The notes under the pieces: model-generated
Told to the model about the DNA's origin: nothing
The model's database searches: none
Seen by the model: the letters and a program-made list of their open reading frames with translations, nothing else
Shown: positions 22,348 through 33,553 of the stretch, one piece after another
Numbering within the stretch: position 1 is the stretch's first letter
Layout of the letters: every line of letters starts with the position of its first letter
Translations under genes and position numbers: made by a program
NCBI GenBank assembly: GCA_001600695.1
Contig: BCKQ01000004.1
Coordinates: forward strand, 101,421-165,420
DNA length: 64,000 bases
Source: Ascoidea asiatica JCM 7603
Taxonomy: Eukaryota; Fungi; Ascomycota
Direction of reading: 5' to 3'

Positions 22348-22605
22348 CTTTTGAATAATTTTTAGTCAATTTTTTTATTTGTTTATTTATTTATTCATCA
22401 ATTATTGTAACAACTAACATAGATAGATATACTTAATCTACCCAAGGATTAATTTCAAATTCAAATGAAATAAATTTTCCCTTTGAAATTCTCAAATATC
22501 GTTAACGTTAGTAAAGTGTACTGCAGTACTGTAAATAATACCAGTAATTAGCTTAGCTCTTTTCTTCTTTTCAGTAAAAATATTTAAAACCAAAATATAA
22601 CACGA

Positions 22606-22612
22606 CGGGTAA
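22606..22612. promoter_or_regulatory. Reb1-like site in the MRP20/RPB2 divergent promoter
   Basis: CGGGTAA, with RRPE-like TGAAAAATT ~25 nt downstream. Confidence 0.5.
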
Positions 22613-22857
22613 CCTTTTACGCCTTCGAATTTGAAAAATTATGGCGGTTTTATTTCTTAAAAGAAAAATAACAAATGCGTAAATGATAGAAAGCGTAATA
22701 ATTAAAATCAATTAATTAATTATCAATTAATTATCAATTCAATTTAATTTAATTCAATTGACATTCATTACAATTTATATACATACTACGGTTATAGCTT
22801 TTCAACAAATCTGTTCTATTGCAAATAATTTTCTATTAAATTATTACATATATATCC

Positions 22858-25800
22858 ATGGATGAAAGTAAGTTAAGTTGAATATTTTACGTTTTGATTT
22901 TTTTGTTATTGTTTATCTTAGTCTAATGCTTCTTTTTTTGTTTATTTTTAAATAAAAACTATAATTCTGAAGTTTATATTCTAACCAAATTTTTTCTTTG
23001 CTTAAGTTTATGATGAGTTTGGAGGAGATGATCCTTATGGAGTCGAAGAAGAGCAAATAACTTCGGAAGATTGTTGGACTGTAATATCTTCTTTTTTTTC
23101 TAAGAAAGGTTTAGTATCTCAGCAAATTGAATCATTCAATGATTTCGTTGAGACATCTATTCAAGAGATTGTCTTAGAAGATTCGACGTTAATTTTGGAT
23201 CAACCAGCTCAACATGTTTCTCCGGATGATAATAAAAATAGAAGATATGAAATAACTTTTGGTAGAATTAAAATTTCTTTACCTAGAATAACTGAAAGTG
23301 ATGGTGTAGACCATAGTATGTATCCCCAGGAAGCAAGATTGAGAAATTTAACTTATTCATGTCCTTTATACGTTGATATATCCAAAAGAGTTTTAGAGTC
23401 TATAGATGATGATAGTATTCCAGCTTCAAGAGTTGAATGGGAAGAAGTTCTTGATCCTGAAGCTGATGATGAAAAAGGTCCTAAATTGGGTCCGAAACAA
23501 AGTTTCATAGGTCAAGTTCCTATGATGTTAAGAGCAAGATTTTGTATTTTGAGAGATCTTTCTCCAAAAGATTTATATGAATTAAAAGAGTGTCCTTATG
23601 ATATGGGTGGTTATTTTATTATCAATGGGTCTGAAAAAGTTTTAATTGCACAAGAAAGATCAGCTGCCAATATTGTTCAAGTGTTCAAAAAATCAGCACC
23701 TTCTCCTATATCTCATATTGCTGAAATCAGATCTGCTTTAGAGCAAGGGTCTAGATTAATCAGTAACTTAGAGATAAAACTTCTGAGATCAGGCGATAAA
23801 CTGACCGGCGTTGGTAGAACTATAAAAGCAGTTTTACCCTATATTAAAGAAGATATTCCGGTAGCTGTTGTCTTCAGAGCTTTAGGCATTGTTCCAGATG
23901 GTGATATTATTGAGCATATCTGTTACGATGAAAATGATTGGCAAATGCTTGAAATGTTGAAGCCTTGTATTGATGAAGCATTTGTTATTCAGGATAGGGA
24001 GGTTGCTTTGGATTTCATAGGTAGAAGAGGTAGCTCTTTAGGTGCAAAGAGAGATAAACGTATTCATTATGCTAAAGAAATTCTTCAGAGAGAGTTGTTA
24101 CCTCATATCACTCAAGAAGAAGGTTATGAATCTAGAAAAGCATTCTTTCTTGGCTATATGATACATAGATTACTATTATGTGCTTTGGAAAGAAAAGAAC
24201 CTGATGATAGAGATCATTTCGGTAAAAAAAGATTAGATTTGGCTGGTCCATTATTAGCAAAATTATTCAGGATTTTATTTCGAAATCTTACAAAAGATAT
24301 ATTTCGATTTTTGCAAAAATGTATCGAAACTAACAAACCATTTAAATTAACAATTGCTATTAAACCAACAATCATAACCGATGGATTGAAATACTCTCTA
24401 GCTACTGGAAATTGGGGAGAACAAAAGAAGGCTATGACATCTAAAGCAGGGGTTTCTCAAGTCCTAAATAGATATACTTATTCATCAACACTTTCTCATT
24501 TAAGAAGAACTAATACTCCTATAGGAAGAGATGGAAAAATTGCTAAACCAAGACAACTTCATAACACTCATTGGGGTCTTGTATGTCCAGCCGAAACGCC
24601 TGAAGGTCAAGCCTGTGGACTAGTTAAAAATCTTTCCCTAATGTCTGTGATTTCTGTTGGTGGTCCTTCTGCTCAAATTATTGACTATTTAGAAGAATTT
24701 GGTATTGAAGAATTAGAAGGCTTTAATCCAAGGGAACACAAAAATGCCTCTAAGATTTTTGTAAACGGGGTATGGGTTGGTGTTTCTCAGAACCCTTCTG
24801 AAATTGTAAATCAAATGAGACTCTTAAGAAGAAATGGTGATATATCACCTGAAGTATCTATTATCAGAGATATTAGAGAAAAAGAGTTCAAAATATTGAC
24901 AGATGCAGGTCGTGTTTGTAGACCTTTATTTATAGTTGAGAATGATCCAGAGAGCAGCGATTTTGGAAAACTTAAATTGAAAAAGGAACACACAGATCAA
25001 TTAAGAAAAACTGACCGTGATGAACTAGAAGATACAGAGGCACCTTATACCTGGTATAGTTTACTTGAAGATGGTATTGTTGAATATGTAGATGCAGAAG
25101 AAGAAGAAACCATTATGATAGCTATGACACCTGAAGATTTAGAACAAACAAGAATAGGGGCTGATATTAATACAGAGTCTGTAGATGCTGCAAAAAGAAT
25201 TAAGAATCAAAATAATTTTCATATTCATACTTGGACTCATTGTGAAATTCATCCTGCTATGATTCTTGGTGTAGCCGCAAGCATTATTCCATTTCCGGAT
25301 CATAACCAATCCCCTCGTAATACATATCAATCTGCTATGGGTAAACAAGCTATGGGGGTATTTTTAACCAATTATAATGTAAGAATGGATACGATGGCTA
25401 ATATATTGTATTATCCTCAGAAACCTTTAGCAACAACACGTTCTATGGAATATCTAAAATTCAGAGAATTACCTGCTGGACAGAATGCAATTGTTGCAAT
25501 TGCATGTTATTCTGGTTATAACCAAGAAGATTCGATGATTATGAATCAAACTTCAATTGATAGAGGGTTATTTAGATCATTATTTTTTAGATCATATATG
25601 GACCAGGAAAGAAGAAAAGGTATGTCACTTGTTGAAGAATTCGAAAAACCATTAAGAAGTAATACTCTTAGATTAAAACATGGAACATATGAAAAAATTG
25701 ATGAAGATGGTCTTGTTGCCCCCGGTGTCAGAGTTTCAGGAGATGATATTATTATTGGTAAGACTACTCCTATTTCACAGGACAATGAAGAATTAGGTCA

Positions 25801-26704
25801 GAGGACTCAGTATCATACTAAAAGAGATGCTTCAATGCCATTAAGAAGTACAGAAAACGGTATAGTTGATCAAGTCGTTGTTACAACTAATCAAGAAGGT
25901 TTAAGATTTGTTAAAGTTAGAATGAGAACTACTAAGGTTCCACAAATTGGAGATAAATTTGCATCTCGTCATGGGCAAAAAGGAACTATAGGTATAACAT
26001 ATAGACATGAAGATATGCCATTCACTGCGGAAGGAATAATTCCGGATTTAATTATTAATCCACATGCTATTCCTTCTCGTATGACAGTTGCTCATTTAAT
26101 TGAATGTCTTTTGTCTAAAGTTTGTGCATTGTCAGGAACCGAGGGAGATGCTACACCTTTCAATGATGATATTACTGTTGATGCTATATCAGAATTATTA
26201 AGATCCTTTAATTATCATTCTAGGGGATTTGAAGTATTATATCATGGACATACAGGAAAGAAATTAATGGCTCAAGTATTTTTCGGCCCAACATATTATC
26301 AAAGATTAAGGCATATGGTGGATGATAAAATCCACGCTAGAGCAAGAGGACCATTGCAAATTTTAACAAGACAACCTGTTGAAGGTCGTTCAAGAGATGG
26401 TGGATTAAGATTTGGGGAGATGGAGAGAGATTGTATGATAGCTCATGGAACAGCTGCATTTTTGAAAGAAAGATTGATGGAAGCTTCGGACGCTTTCAGG
26501 GTTCATGTTTGTGGAATATGTGGTCTTATGACAGTTATTGCGAATTTAAAGAAAAATCAATTTGAGTGTAGAAGTTGTAAAAATAAAACAAACATTTATC
26601 AAATTCATATTCCATATGCAGCTAAATTACTTTTTCAAGAATTAATGGCTATGAATATTGCTCCAAGACTTTATACTGAGCGTACTAAGGAAGGTGTTCG
26701 TTAG
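22858..26704 (+). CDS. RPB2: RNA polymerase II second-largest subunit; exons 22858-22867 and 23007-26704 (~1235 aa)
   Basis: Spliced [34 protein letters not shown]...; [20 protein letters not shown]; 139-nt intron with GTAAGT/TTCTAAC/AAG. Confidence 0.97.
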
Positions 26705-28134
26705 TGATATACAAGGTAAAGCGTAGGGTTATGACTTTTAGAGGAACATTATGTACCAATATAGGCAAAAAGTTATTTTTGCTCTTTTTTTTAATTTTCA
26801 AAAATATATGATCGAATAATATGGGAAACTAATTCCAACATATTGAAAAAAAATGTTTCCAAATAATTTTCATCAATAGTCTCTCTTACATTTGCTATTC
26901 ATTCGTGATCAACTTCTTGATAATGATTAGCTTTTTACTAAAATACTATTTGTACTACAGTACTTTATTTCGTAATTTTGTTAGGTATGCTGTTTGACTA
27001 ATTTCTAAAGGTACCTAAATTCTTTTCTAATAATCATTTCTCATTTCTCATTTATCTAAGGTTTCATAATATTTCTACTGTATCGGTACGGTAATTATTG
27101 AAAAAGTGATAACGCAACACGGAGCATTGTGCACGCAGGCAAATTTGTGGGTACCGGTAAGCTGCCGGTGAGTAACAGCTGTACAAAGTGAAGATTATGG
27201 ACTGCGAAAAAAGTGGTGCGTACTAAAACAAGTACAGTACGGCAGTGTTTGAGGATCTAAAAGTACCGGTAAGTAGTGTGTTTCTTACTTTTCAAAGCTT
27301 CAGCTAGAATTCTCAATAGCTTCTTAATAGCTTTTCAACGTGTAACGTTTCAAGAAAGCATTTCGTGGGAATTTACTTGTTATAATCAGTAAATTCCATA
27401 TATGGGAACTGTAAAAAGGTATGGCACTGTACTCGGTATCCTCTTACTTCTGATGGATAATGAGATTTCATTATGATCAGTGAAATATCAATTAATTTTC
27501 TTCAATTGTACCCATTGAGTGTTCTAATGACATTAATACAGTACTATTTCATTTTATTTCAGAATATTGATAATATTTGTCATTCAATAAATACAGTAAT
27601 CTGAAATAGATTTATAATTTTTGAAAAAATTGAAAGGAAGCTATAAAAGTATATCACTTCTCACACCATTTATCATATCTTATTTCCTTGCTCATTTTGC
27701 AAAAGTTCTTAATTGCTTATTTCTTTATCAGTTACTCAATTCATCCTTTTTCTTTTATTGTTTTAATCTTTAGCAATTTTAGCTTTGAAAACTCTTTCAA
27801 TTTAGCTGCTGTTATTTTGGGCAAAGATTTATGAAATATCTGCTTCGTTGAAACTCAAACAATTTTTCAATCAATATCCTTCAATACAACATAATCAAAA
27901 TCAAGATAAATTAGTTGAAGTAATTCATTGTATATTTCATATTATTTAATCTCAATTTATATCAGATTTATATATATATAATTAGATATCAGACTTCGCC
28001 AATTTTACTATATTTTGATTTTTTTCGCCTTAACTTTCAATCTCTAACATAAGTTCATTCAATCATATCAGTCTCTTTTTACTTAACTGTTCATTTATTT
28101 CAAGAAACAACTGGCTTTTCAAATCATTACTATC

Positions 28135-28192
28135 ATTAGTATTAGTATTAGTATTAGTATTAGTATTATTATTATTATTATTATTATTATTT
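28135..28192. repeat. (TTAGTA)n followed by (TTA)n microsatellite
   Basis: Direct inspection. Confidence 0.9.
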
Positions 28193-28243
28193 TAATATAA
28201 CTAATTATATACCCTCAAGTACTTCAATTCTCAGTTTCCAGCA

Positions 28244-31200
28244 ATGCCAAGTGAATCCGGTTTCAAAGGTTTTTGGGCAAGAATTTTCGGTGGTGGTTCT
28301 TCAACAACTCCATCTTCAAATACTAAATCAACACCTAAACGTTCAACAACAGCAACAGGTCGTAAAGTAAGAAGAAGAAAAATTTCAAGATATAATACTA
28401 TTGGAAATTCTTCTGGATCACAAAAATCAGGTATAACAAAGAAAAAAAGATCAGTGTCTGCAAAAACTAGTTTATTAAAGGTAAATCGTTCTAAAACATT
28501 AAATTTCATTCAGGAAAATAGAAGTAATTCTTCCTTACCGGATCAAACTACAAAAAATGACTCTATTGATGATCATATGAATTTAAATAAACCTGTTCCA
28601 CCACTTCCAAGTAAAATGTTACGTTCGAAATCTAATCCTTTGTTACTAGCAGACGTTGATGATTCAACTTTTATTAGATCAAGTTTTGATGAGACAAATC
28701 AATCTACTGATAATTTGTTAGCCGAAACATCTATTTTAGACCCTAGTAAAAGCTTAAAAAAAGATATATCAAATCATCGTTCCTCTTTTTTAGATGATAT
28801 ACTTAAATCTGCAGATCTTGCGATTGAGGACAATCCAGTGAAGAAAGTAGTTCCTTTGAAAGATGGAATCGATGCTAAAACTGGGAATGAAAATGATAAA
28901 GAAGAAATTTCAAATGAGAAATCAAGCAAAATTAGCGTAGAAAGCAAAAAGAATATAAAAGCAAAAGGAGATGAAAAAAATGCGTCAGAAAATTTAGACA
29001 TAAAACTGACGGATCCAGATGATGGAATTCTTTCACTAGAAGAAATGATAAATGGTGCTTTATCTTTTGTAGAGAACGAGAAGACAAGGCTTGAAGGAAA
29101 AATATATGGTTCTCAGACACCCTTCAAAATACAAACCACAAACAATGGAAAATCAGTAATGGCTCTCAATCCTCTTAATCCCTTTCAAGAAATCAGCAAA
29201 AAAATATCGATTCAAAAAATGAATGAAAGCACTAAAGAAATTATAAAAGTTGAAAAGGAGTCTGGAGATTACATAAGCACAGCCGACTCCCTTCTACAGC
29301 CGACTGTTGAACTGAAACAGGATATTACCGTAAACAAAACCAGCGCCCCTAAAGATGAACTTGTTTATATTGAGCCTGCTGAAGTATCAGAAAAGGTAGC
29401 TATTCCTGTTTCAACTATTAATCAAAATTTATCACCTGTGTTTGAGGTAACTGATTTAAAAAGCAAAGATAATAATGAAAATACAAATATATCAAAAGAT
29501 CAAAGAGAGGATCAAACAGAAAATAAAACGCAAAATCAAATAGAAGACTCCGACCAAAGTACAATAGAAGACACTATCATAAATTCAACAACATTAGATT
29601 TATCAATAAATTTATCAATAGTTACATCGAAAGATTCATCTGACAATTCGAGAAAAGGTTTAGCACAAGAGTTGAAAGAGGATTCTAAAGAAGAATTAAC
29701 AGAAAAATTAAAAGAAAATAAAAGAAATTCAATAAATTTACATATTAGCCCTTTAAAATCTCATTCTTTACCAACTCCAGATACCACTATAGATACTTCA
29801 ATTCCCGAAGATATTTCATCGAATAAGACTTCTGGAAATATAAAAATCATAGCCGATACATCCTCAAGTCCCTTACACACTGATCATATATTGGAAATGC
29901 GGGAAGTTACTAATACTAATGAGTTAACAGAAAGAGTCCTATCAAAGGATTCTGAGGTAATTCCCGCTTTAAATGAGAAGAGTACTATAAATTCCAATAA
30001 TATTTACAATAATGAAATTAACTTAGCTGTAAAAGAAGAAATCAGTAATGGCATAAAAGAAGCTAAACCTGAAGATGAAATACAAAACAATAAATCAATC
30101 ATTACCGGCATAGAAGTCCAACTTAATAAAAAAAATGAGATTAATATTAATTCTGTTGATACTTTAAGTGAACAGAATTCAATCAAAAACACTTCCATAG
30201 AGAAAGTTATTACGAAAACACTGACCAATGGAAATACAAATGTAAATGCCGATAATATAGCAACAGATTTAGGAAATGAAAAAGAAAATAATGACATAGG
30301 TAAAAATGAGGAAAGTAATGTACAGCAGAATTTATCTTTAGAGGACACCAACTTGGAAACGTGTGTAAAAACCAATGGGCACGAAGAAAAAAGTATAGAT
30401 GAAAATAATTTAGATTCTTTATTGGAAAATTTGTCGTTAAGTTCTAGTGAAATCCAGGAACTTGAAGCCCTAATTGATGGGGTAGAAATTCAACACACAA
30501 CTAAAGAAGATCCGGTATTGGCTCAAATCACTACTGATTCTGTTAAAGAAGACAAAGAAATTGCTATGGAAGTCAATAAAAACAGAATTAAAGGTAAGAA
30601 AAGAGATTCAATTGATGACTTGTTAAATGAAAATCTCAGTCCTGAAGAGATTGCTGAACTAGTAGCTTTGCTTGATAATGATATCAAAAATGAAAAAAAG
30701 AAACCTATTATAGAATTTATATCTACTGATTTGGAAAAAAATAACATTGAATCCGACGTTAAATCATTCGAGCCTGAAGTTAAAAGGAAAACATCTATAG
30801 ATGATTTATTAGGAGAAGATCTTACTCCTGAAGAAATTGCTGAGCTTGAAGCTTTAATAAATGAGGATAAACTTACAACAGATGCTATGAAACAAGTGAA
30901 AAAGACTACAAGTTCAAAGATATCCTCGACCGAAAAAAGAAGCTTGCCTAGCGCAGAAGTTTCCCTAGATAGTGTTGCTAATGAATCCATATTTATTTAT
31001 ACCTCTTTAGCTGGTGGAGGATTTTTAATGATTCCAAGAACTAATAGACTTGCAACAATTTTAGAAGCAAATAAAATCAAATTTTCCTATAAAGATCTAG
31101 GAACAGATCCAGATGCTAAAAAAATTTGGAAGCGATACAGTAAGGGTAGAACTTTGCCTGGCATAGTTAAAAACAAAGACGATATCATAGGAAATTGGGA

Positions 31201-31255
31201 AGAAATTGAAGAGTTCAATGAAGACTATTCTCTTCGCCAAAAGTTATGCAATTAA
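28244..31255 (+). CDS. AIP5: Aip5/YFR016C-like protein: long acidic disordered region plus C-terminal glutaredoxin/SH3BGR-like domain
   Basis: C-terminal IYTSLAGGG..MIPRTNRLATILEAN.I.FSYKDLGTD..AKKIWK...GRTLPGIV. Confidence 0.75.
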   Translation: MPSESGFKGFWARIFGGGSSTTPSSNTKSTPKRSTTATGRKVRRRKISRYNTIGNSSGSQKSGITKKKRSVSAKTSLLKVNRSKTLNFIQENRSNSSLPDQTTKNDSIDDHMNLNKPVPPLPSKMLRSKSNPLLLADVDDSTFIRSSFDETNQSTDNLLAETSILDPSKSLKKDISNHRSSFLDDILKSADLAIEDNPVKKVVPLKDGIDAKTGNENDKEEISNEKSSKISVESKKNIKAKGDEKNASENLDIKLTDPDDGILSLEEMINGALSFVENEKTRLEGKIYGSQTPFKIQTTNNGKSVMALNPLNPFQEISKKISIQKMNESTKEIIKVEKESGDYISTADSLLQPTVELKQDITVNKTSAPKDELVYIEPAEVSEKVAIPVSTINQNLSPVFEVTDLKSKDNNENTNISKDQREDQTENKTQNQIEDSDQSTIEDTIINSTTLDLSINLSIVTSKDSSDNSRKGLAQELKEDSKEELTEKLKENKRNSINLHISPLKSHSLPTPDTTIDTSIPEDISSNKTSGNIKIIADTSSSPLHTDHILEMREVTNTNELTERVLSKDSEVIPALNEKSTINSNNIYNNEINLAVKEEISNGIKEAKPEDEIQNNKSIITGIEVQLNKKNEININSVDTLSEQNSIKNTSIEKVITKTLTNGNTNVNADNIATDLGNEKENNDIGKNEESNVQQNLSLEDTNLETCVKTNGHEEKSIDENNLDSLLENLSLSSSEIQELEALIDGVEIQHTTKEDPVLAQITTDSVKEDKEIAMEVNKNRIKGKKRDSIDDLLNENLSPEEIAELVALLDNDIKNEKKKPIIEFISTDLEKNNIESDVKSFEPEVKRKTSIDDLLGEDLTPEEIAELEALINEDKLTTDAMKQVKKTTSSKISSTEKRSLPSAEVSLDSVANESIFIYTSLAGGGFLMIPRTNRLATILEANKIKFSYKDLGTDPDAKKIWKRYSKGRTLPGIVKNKDDIIGNWEEIEEFNEDYSLRQKLCN

Positions 31256-31460
31256 CTAATTATGACTATACATATATATGGATAAATTATATACAAAATT
31301 TTATTGTAAATTGTTTTAGTATTAAATTTCATTCAGAAAAATCTTACTGAAATTCATATCACAATCAAAGAGAAGCAGTTTTTTTAAATAAATTTGTAAT
31401 ACGAAATTTAATTCGAAGTATATATACTAGTGGAGAATAGATCTTGAATAAAAAAGAAAA

Positions 31461-33098
31461 TTAAAAAGTAGAACCTCCTAAAAGAGAAGCAGCATTTTTG
31501 GCATCTATTGTATTTTCTTCTTCGGGAATAATTGAAGATTTGTGATTATTTTTTGCAATTTGAACATTTGAATAAGAATCAAGATCATCATCTAAAACAT
31601 TTTGGCCAGGAGCAACGGCTCGAGTTTTTCTATCGCCACTCCAACTATCCCCCTCGGGACCTTGACTTTGAGCTGAAGCTTGTTGATTTTTAGGAAATGA
31701 CTCTCTTCCCAATCTACTCAAACCTCCATTTTCATCAACATTTCGAACATCAACTCTGATTTTTTCGAAAACAGCTAAAGTTCTTCGTTCACTTTCAATA
31801 ATTCTTCTAGTGTATTCGCTAATATACTTTTTAAGTGATGTATCAAAGTGAACCATATATTCCTTTTTTTCAATAAGCATATTTTCTGAAACTCTTTTCA
31901 CTTTCAAAGTTAAATCTTTCTCAAATTGAGTGGCCTCTGTTAATTGTTGAATAGCTTCATCAACCTTTATGGGATTAATTTCTGATCGTGCCCTAATTTT
32001 TGCAGCTTGACTGTGCCTGCTTTTGGTATTAGCCTGAGCTTTTTCCAAATCCCTCATCAATAAATGTCTATTAGTTAATGCTTCCTTGATAACATATGAA
32101 TCATTAACAATCATATTGAGACCATCACCTAAAGATGACATTTCAGTTGTAGATTTTATTGATTCAATATCACCCTTAATTATAATCGTTTTGCCAAATT
32201 TTTGCCACATATTAGCCATACCTGGATGAGATATTTCTAAAGAAGATAACCTGGAAATTTTTGTACCCATTTCATTTTCATATAAACCTAATGTCTTTCT
32301 TGTTTTGGAAAGTTTATCTAGTTTAGAATGTAAGGTTTGACAATCCAAATATATTTGTTTTATTAAAGGTCTGAATTCTGCCAATTCCGTTATTTCATCA
32401 TAAGGGGGTTGTAATTGTTTTAATGTCTTACGTTTTAGTCCAGTTGCAGGAGGTTTTCCTTTGTTTACAGGGGAATAACCAAAATCAGATTCTATGAAAA
32501 ATACAAACTCTTCATTTCTTATTAAAATTGGGTTAGAAGTAATTCTATCAAACCATTCCTGCAAATTAGATCTCACCTTTAGATCATTTTCTTCAGAACC
32601 AATTCCTGCGCTAGATGTGGATGGTGGGACGGCAGGGACGAAACATTCTGGATTTGCTCCATTGAGATACGTGAAAAATTTAACCAATTCATGATATGTT
32701 CTTCTTATATCTTTGAATGTTGTTCCTCTAAAATTAGGTAAATTGGTATAAGCATTGAATTTTATAATTGGATCTTTTTTGGCAATTCTTTCCAATGCAG
32801 TTACTTTGATTTTGATTTTATACTTTTGTGATCGTCTTTCAGGTAATAAATTTAATGAAGGTTTGGAAGATTTAGCAATTGGCTCTTCAAAAGATATATT
32901 TTGTGGAGTATTTGTTTTCTCATGAGTTTTTTTAGAAATTGTTTCTTCATTTTCTGGAGATTGATCTTTTTTCAAAACCTCGGCAGCTTCAATGATTGCA
33001 GGATTAGATATTGATGTATTAGGTATTAATGGATTTTCTGGTTCAGCAAAAGGATTGTTATCAAAGTCATCCGGATCATATGGAATTGAAGATGACAT
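31461..33098 (-). CDS. VPS17: Retromer PX-BAR sorting nexin Vps17
   Basis: DDFDNNPFAE, KVTALER, TNLPNFR, KEALTNRH, GGLSRLGRE, A..LLG; adjacent to eEF2 as in S. cerevisiae. Confidence 0.9.
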   Translation of the reverse strand: MSSSIPYDPDDFDNNPFAEPENPLIPNTSISNPAIIEAAEVLKKDQSPENEETISKKTHEKTNTPQNISFEEPIAKSSKPSLNLLPERRSQKYKIKIKVTALERIAKKDPIIKFNAYTNLPNFRGTTFKDIRRTYHELVKFFTYLNGANPECFVPAVPPSTSSAGIGSEENDLKVRSNLQEWFDRITSNPILIRNEEFVFFIESDFGYSPVNKGKPPATGLKRKTLKQLQPPYDEITELAEFRPLIKQIYLDCQTLHSKLDKLSKTRKTLGLYENEMGTKISRLSSLEISHPGMANMWQKFGKTIIIKGDIESIKSTTEMSSLGDGLNMIVNDSYVIKEALTNRHLLMRDLEKAQANTKSRHSQAAKIRARSEINPIKVDEAIQQLTEATQFEKDLTLKVKRVSENMLIEKKEYMVHFDTSLKKYISEYTRRIIESERRTLAVFEKIRVDVRNVDENGGLSRLGRESFPKNQQASAQSQGPEGDSWSGDRKTRAVAPGQNVLDDDLDSYSNVQIAKNNHKSSIIPEEENTIDAKNAASLLGGSTF

Positions 33099-33553
33099 TG
33101 TGAAATTTAATCTTAATCCAGAGAATTGTCTTGAATAGAAATAATAATAGTTTTAGCACTTTAGCAGATTTAATATATTTGTAATTATGATTCGAGAACA
33201 AGAGGTAAATTTAAAATCAATAACAATCTCAATATCAGTAATTTAATAAATTAATACGTTATGTTCTTCACCGGTTGTATAGTAAAATTCTAAGTAGCTT
33301 AAAGGATCTTTTTAGATTACATTACTGAGAACAGAGTCTGAAACACGTGATTCGCAATATACCTTTTTCACTTCCTATTCGGACCTATTCAAAAGCAATT
33401 ACAATAACGTTATTAAAATGAAAAATTCAAAAGAAAGCAGGATTTCTTTTAATATAATTCAAAAGGTACCAATAAAAACATTAAGTGTATTACTTTAAAA
33501 GACTAAATAAATGTGAACAAAAATAACTTTGAGACGCAATAACTATATATGCT

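Noticed and set aside
27269-28241. Possible long 5'UTR intron of the AIP5-like gene (GTAAGT at 27269, AACTAAT at 28199, CAG at 28234/28241)
   Set aside because: The donor is part of the TACCGGTAAG promoter motif and lies upstream of a likely TATA (~27642); no frame constraint is available to test it
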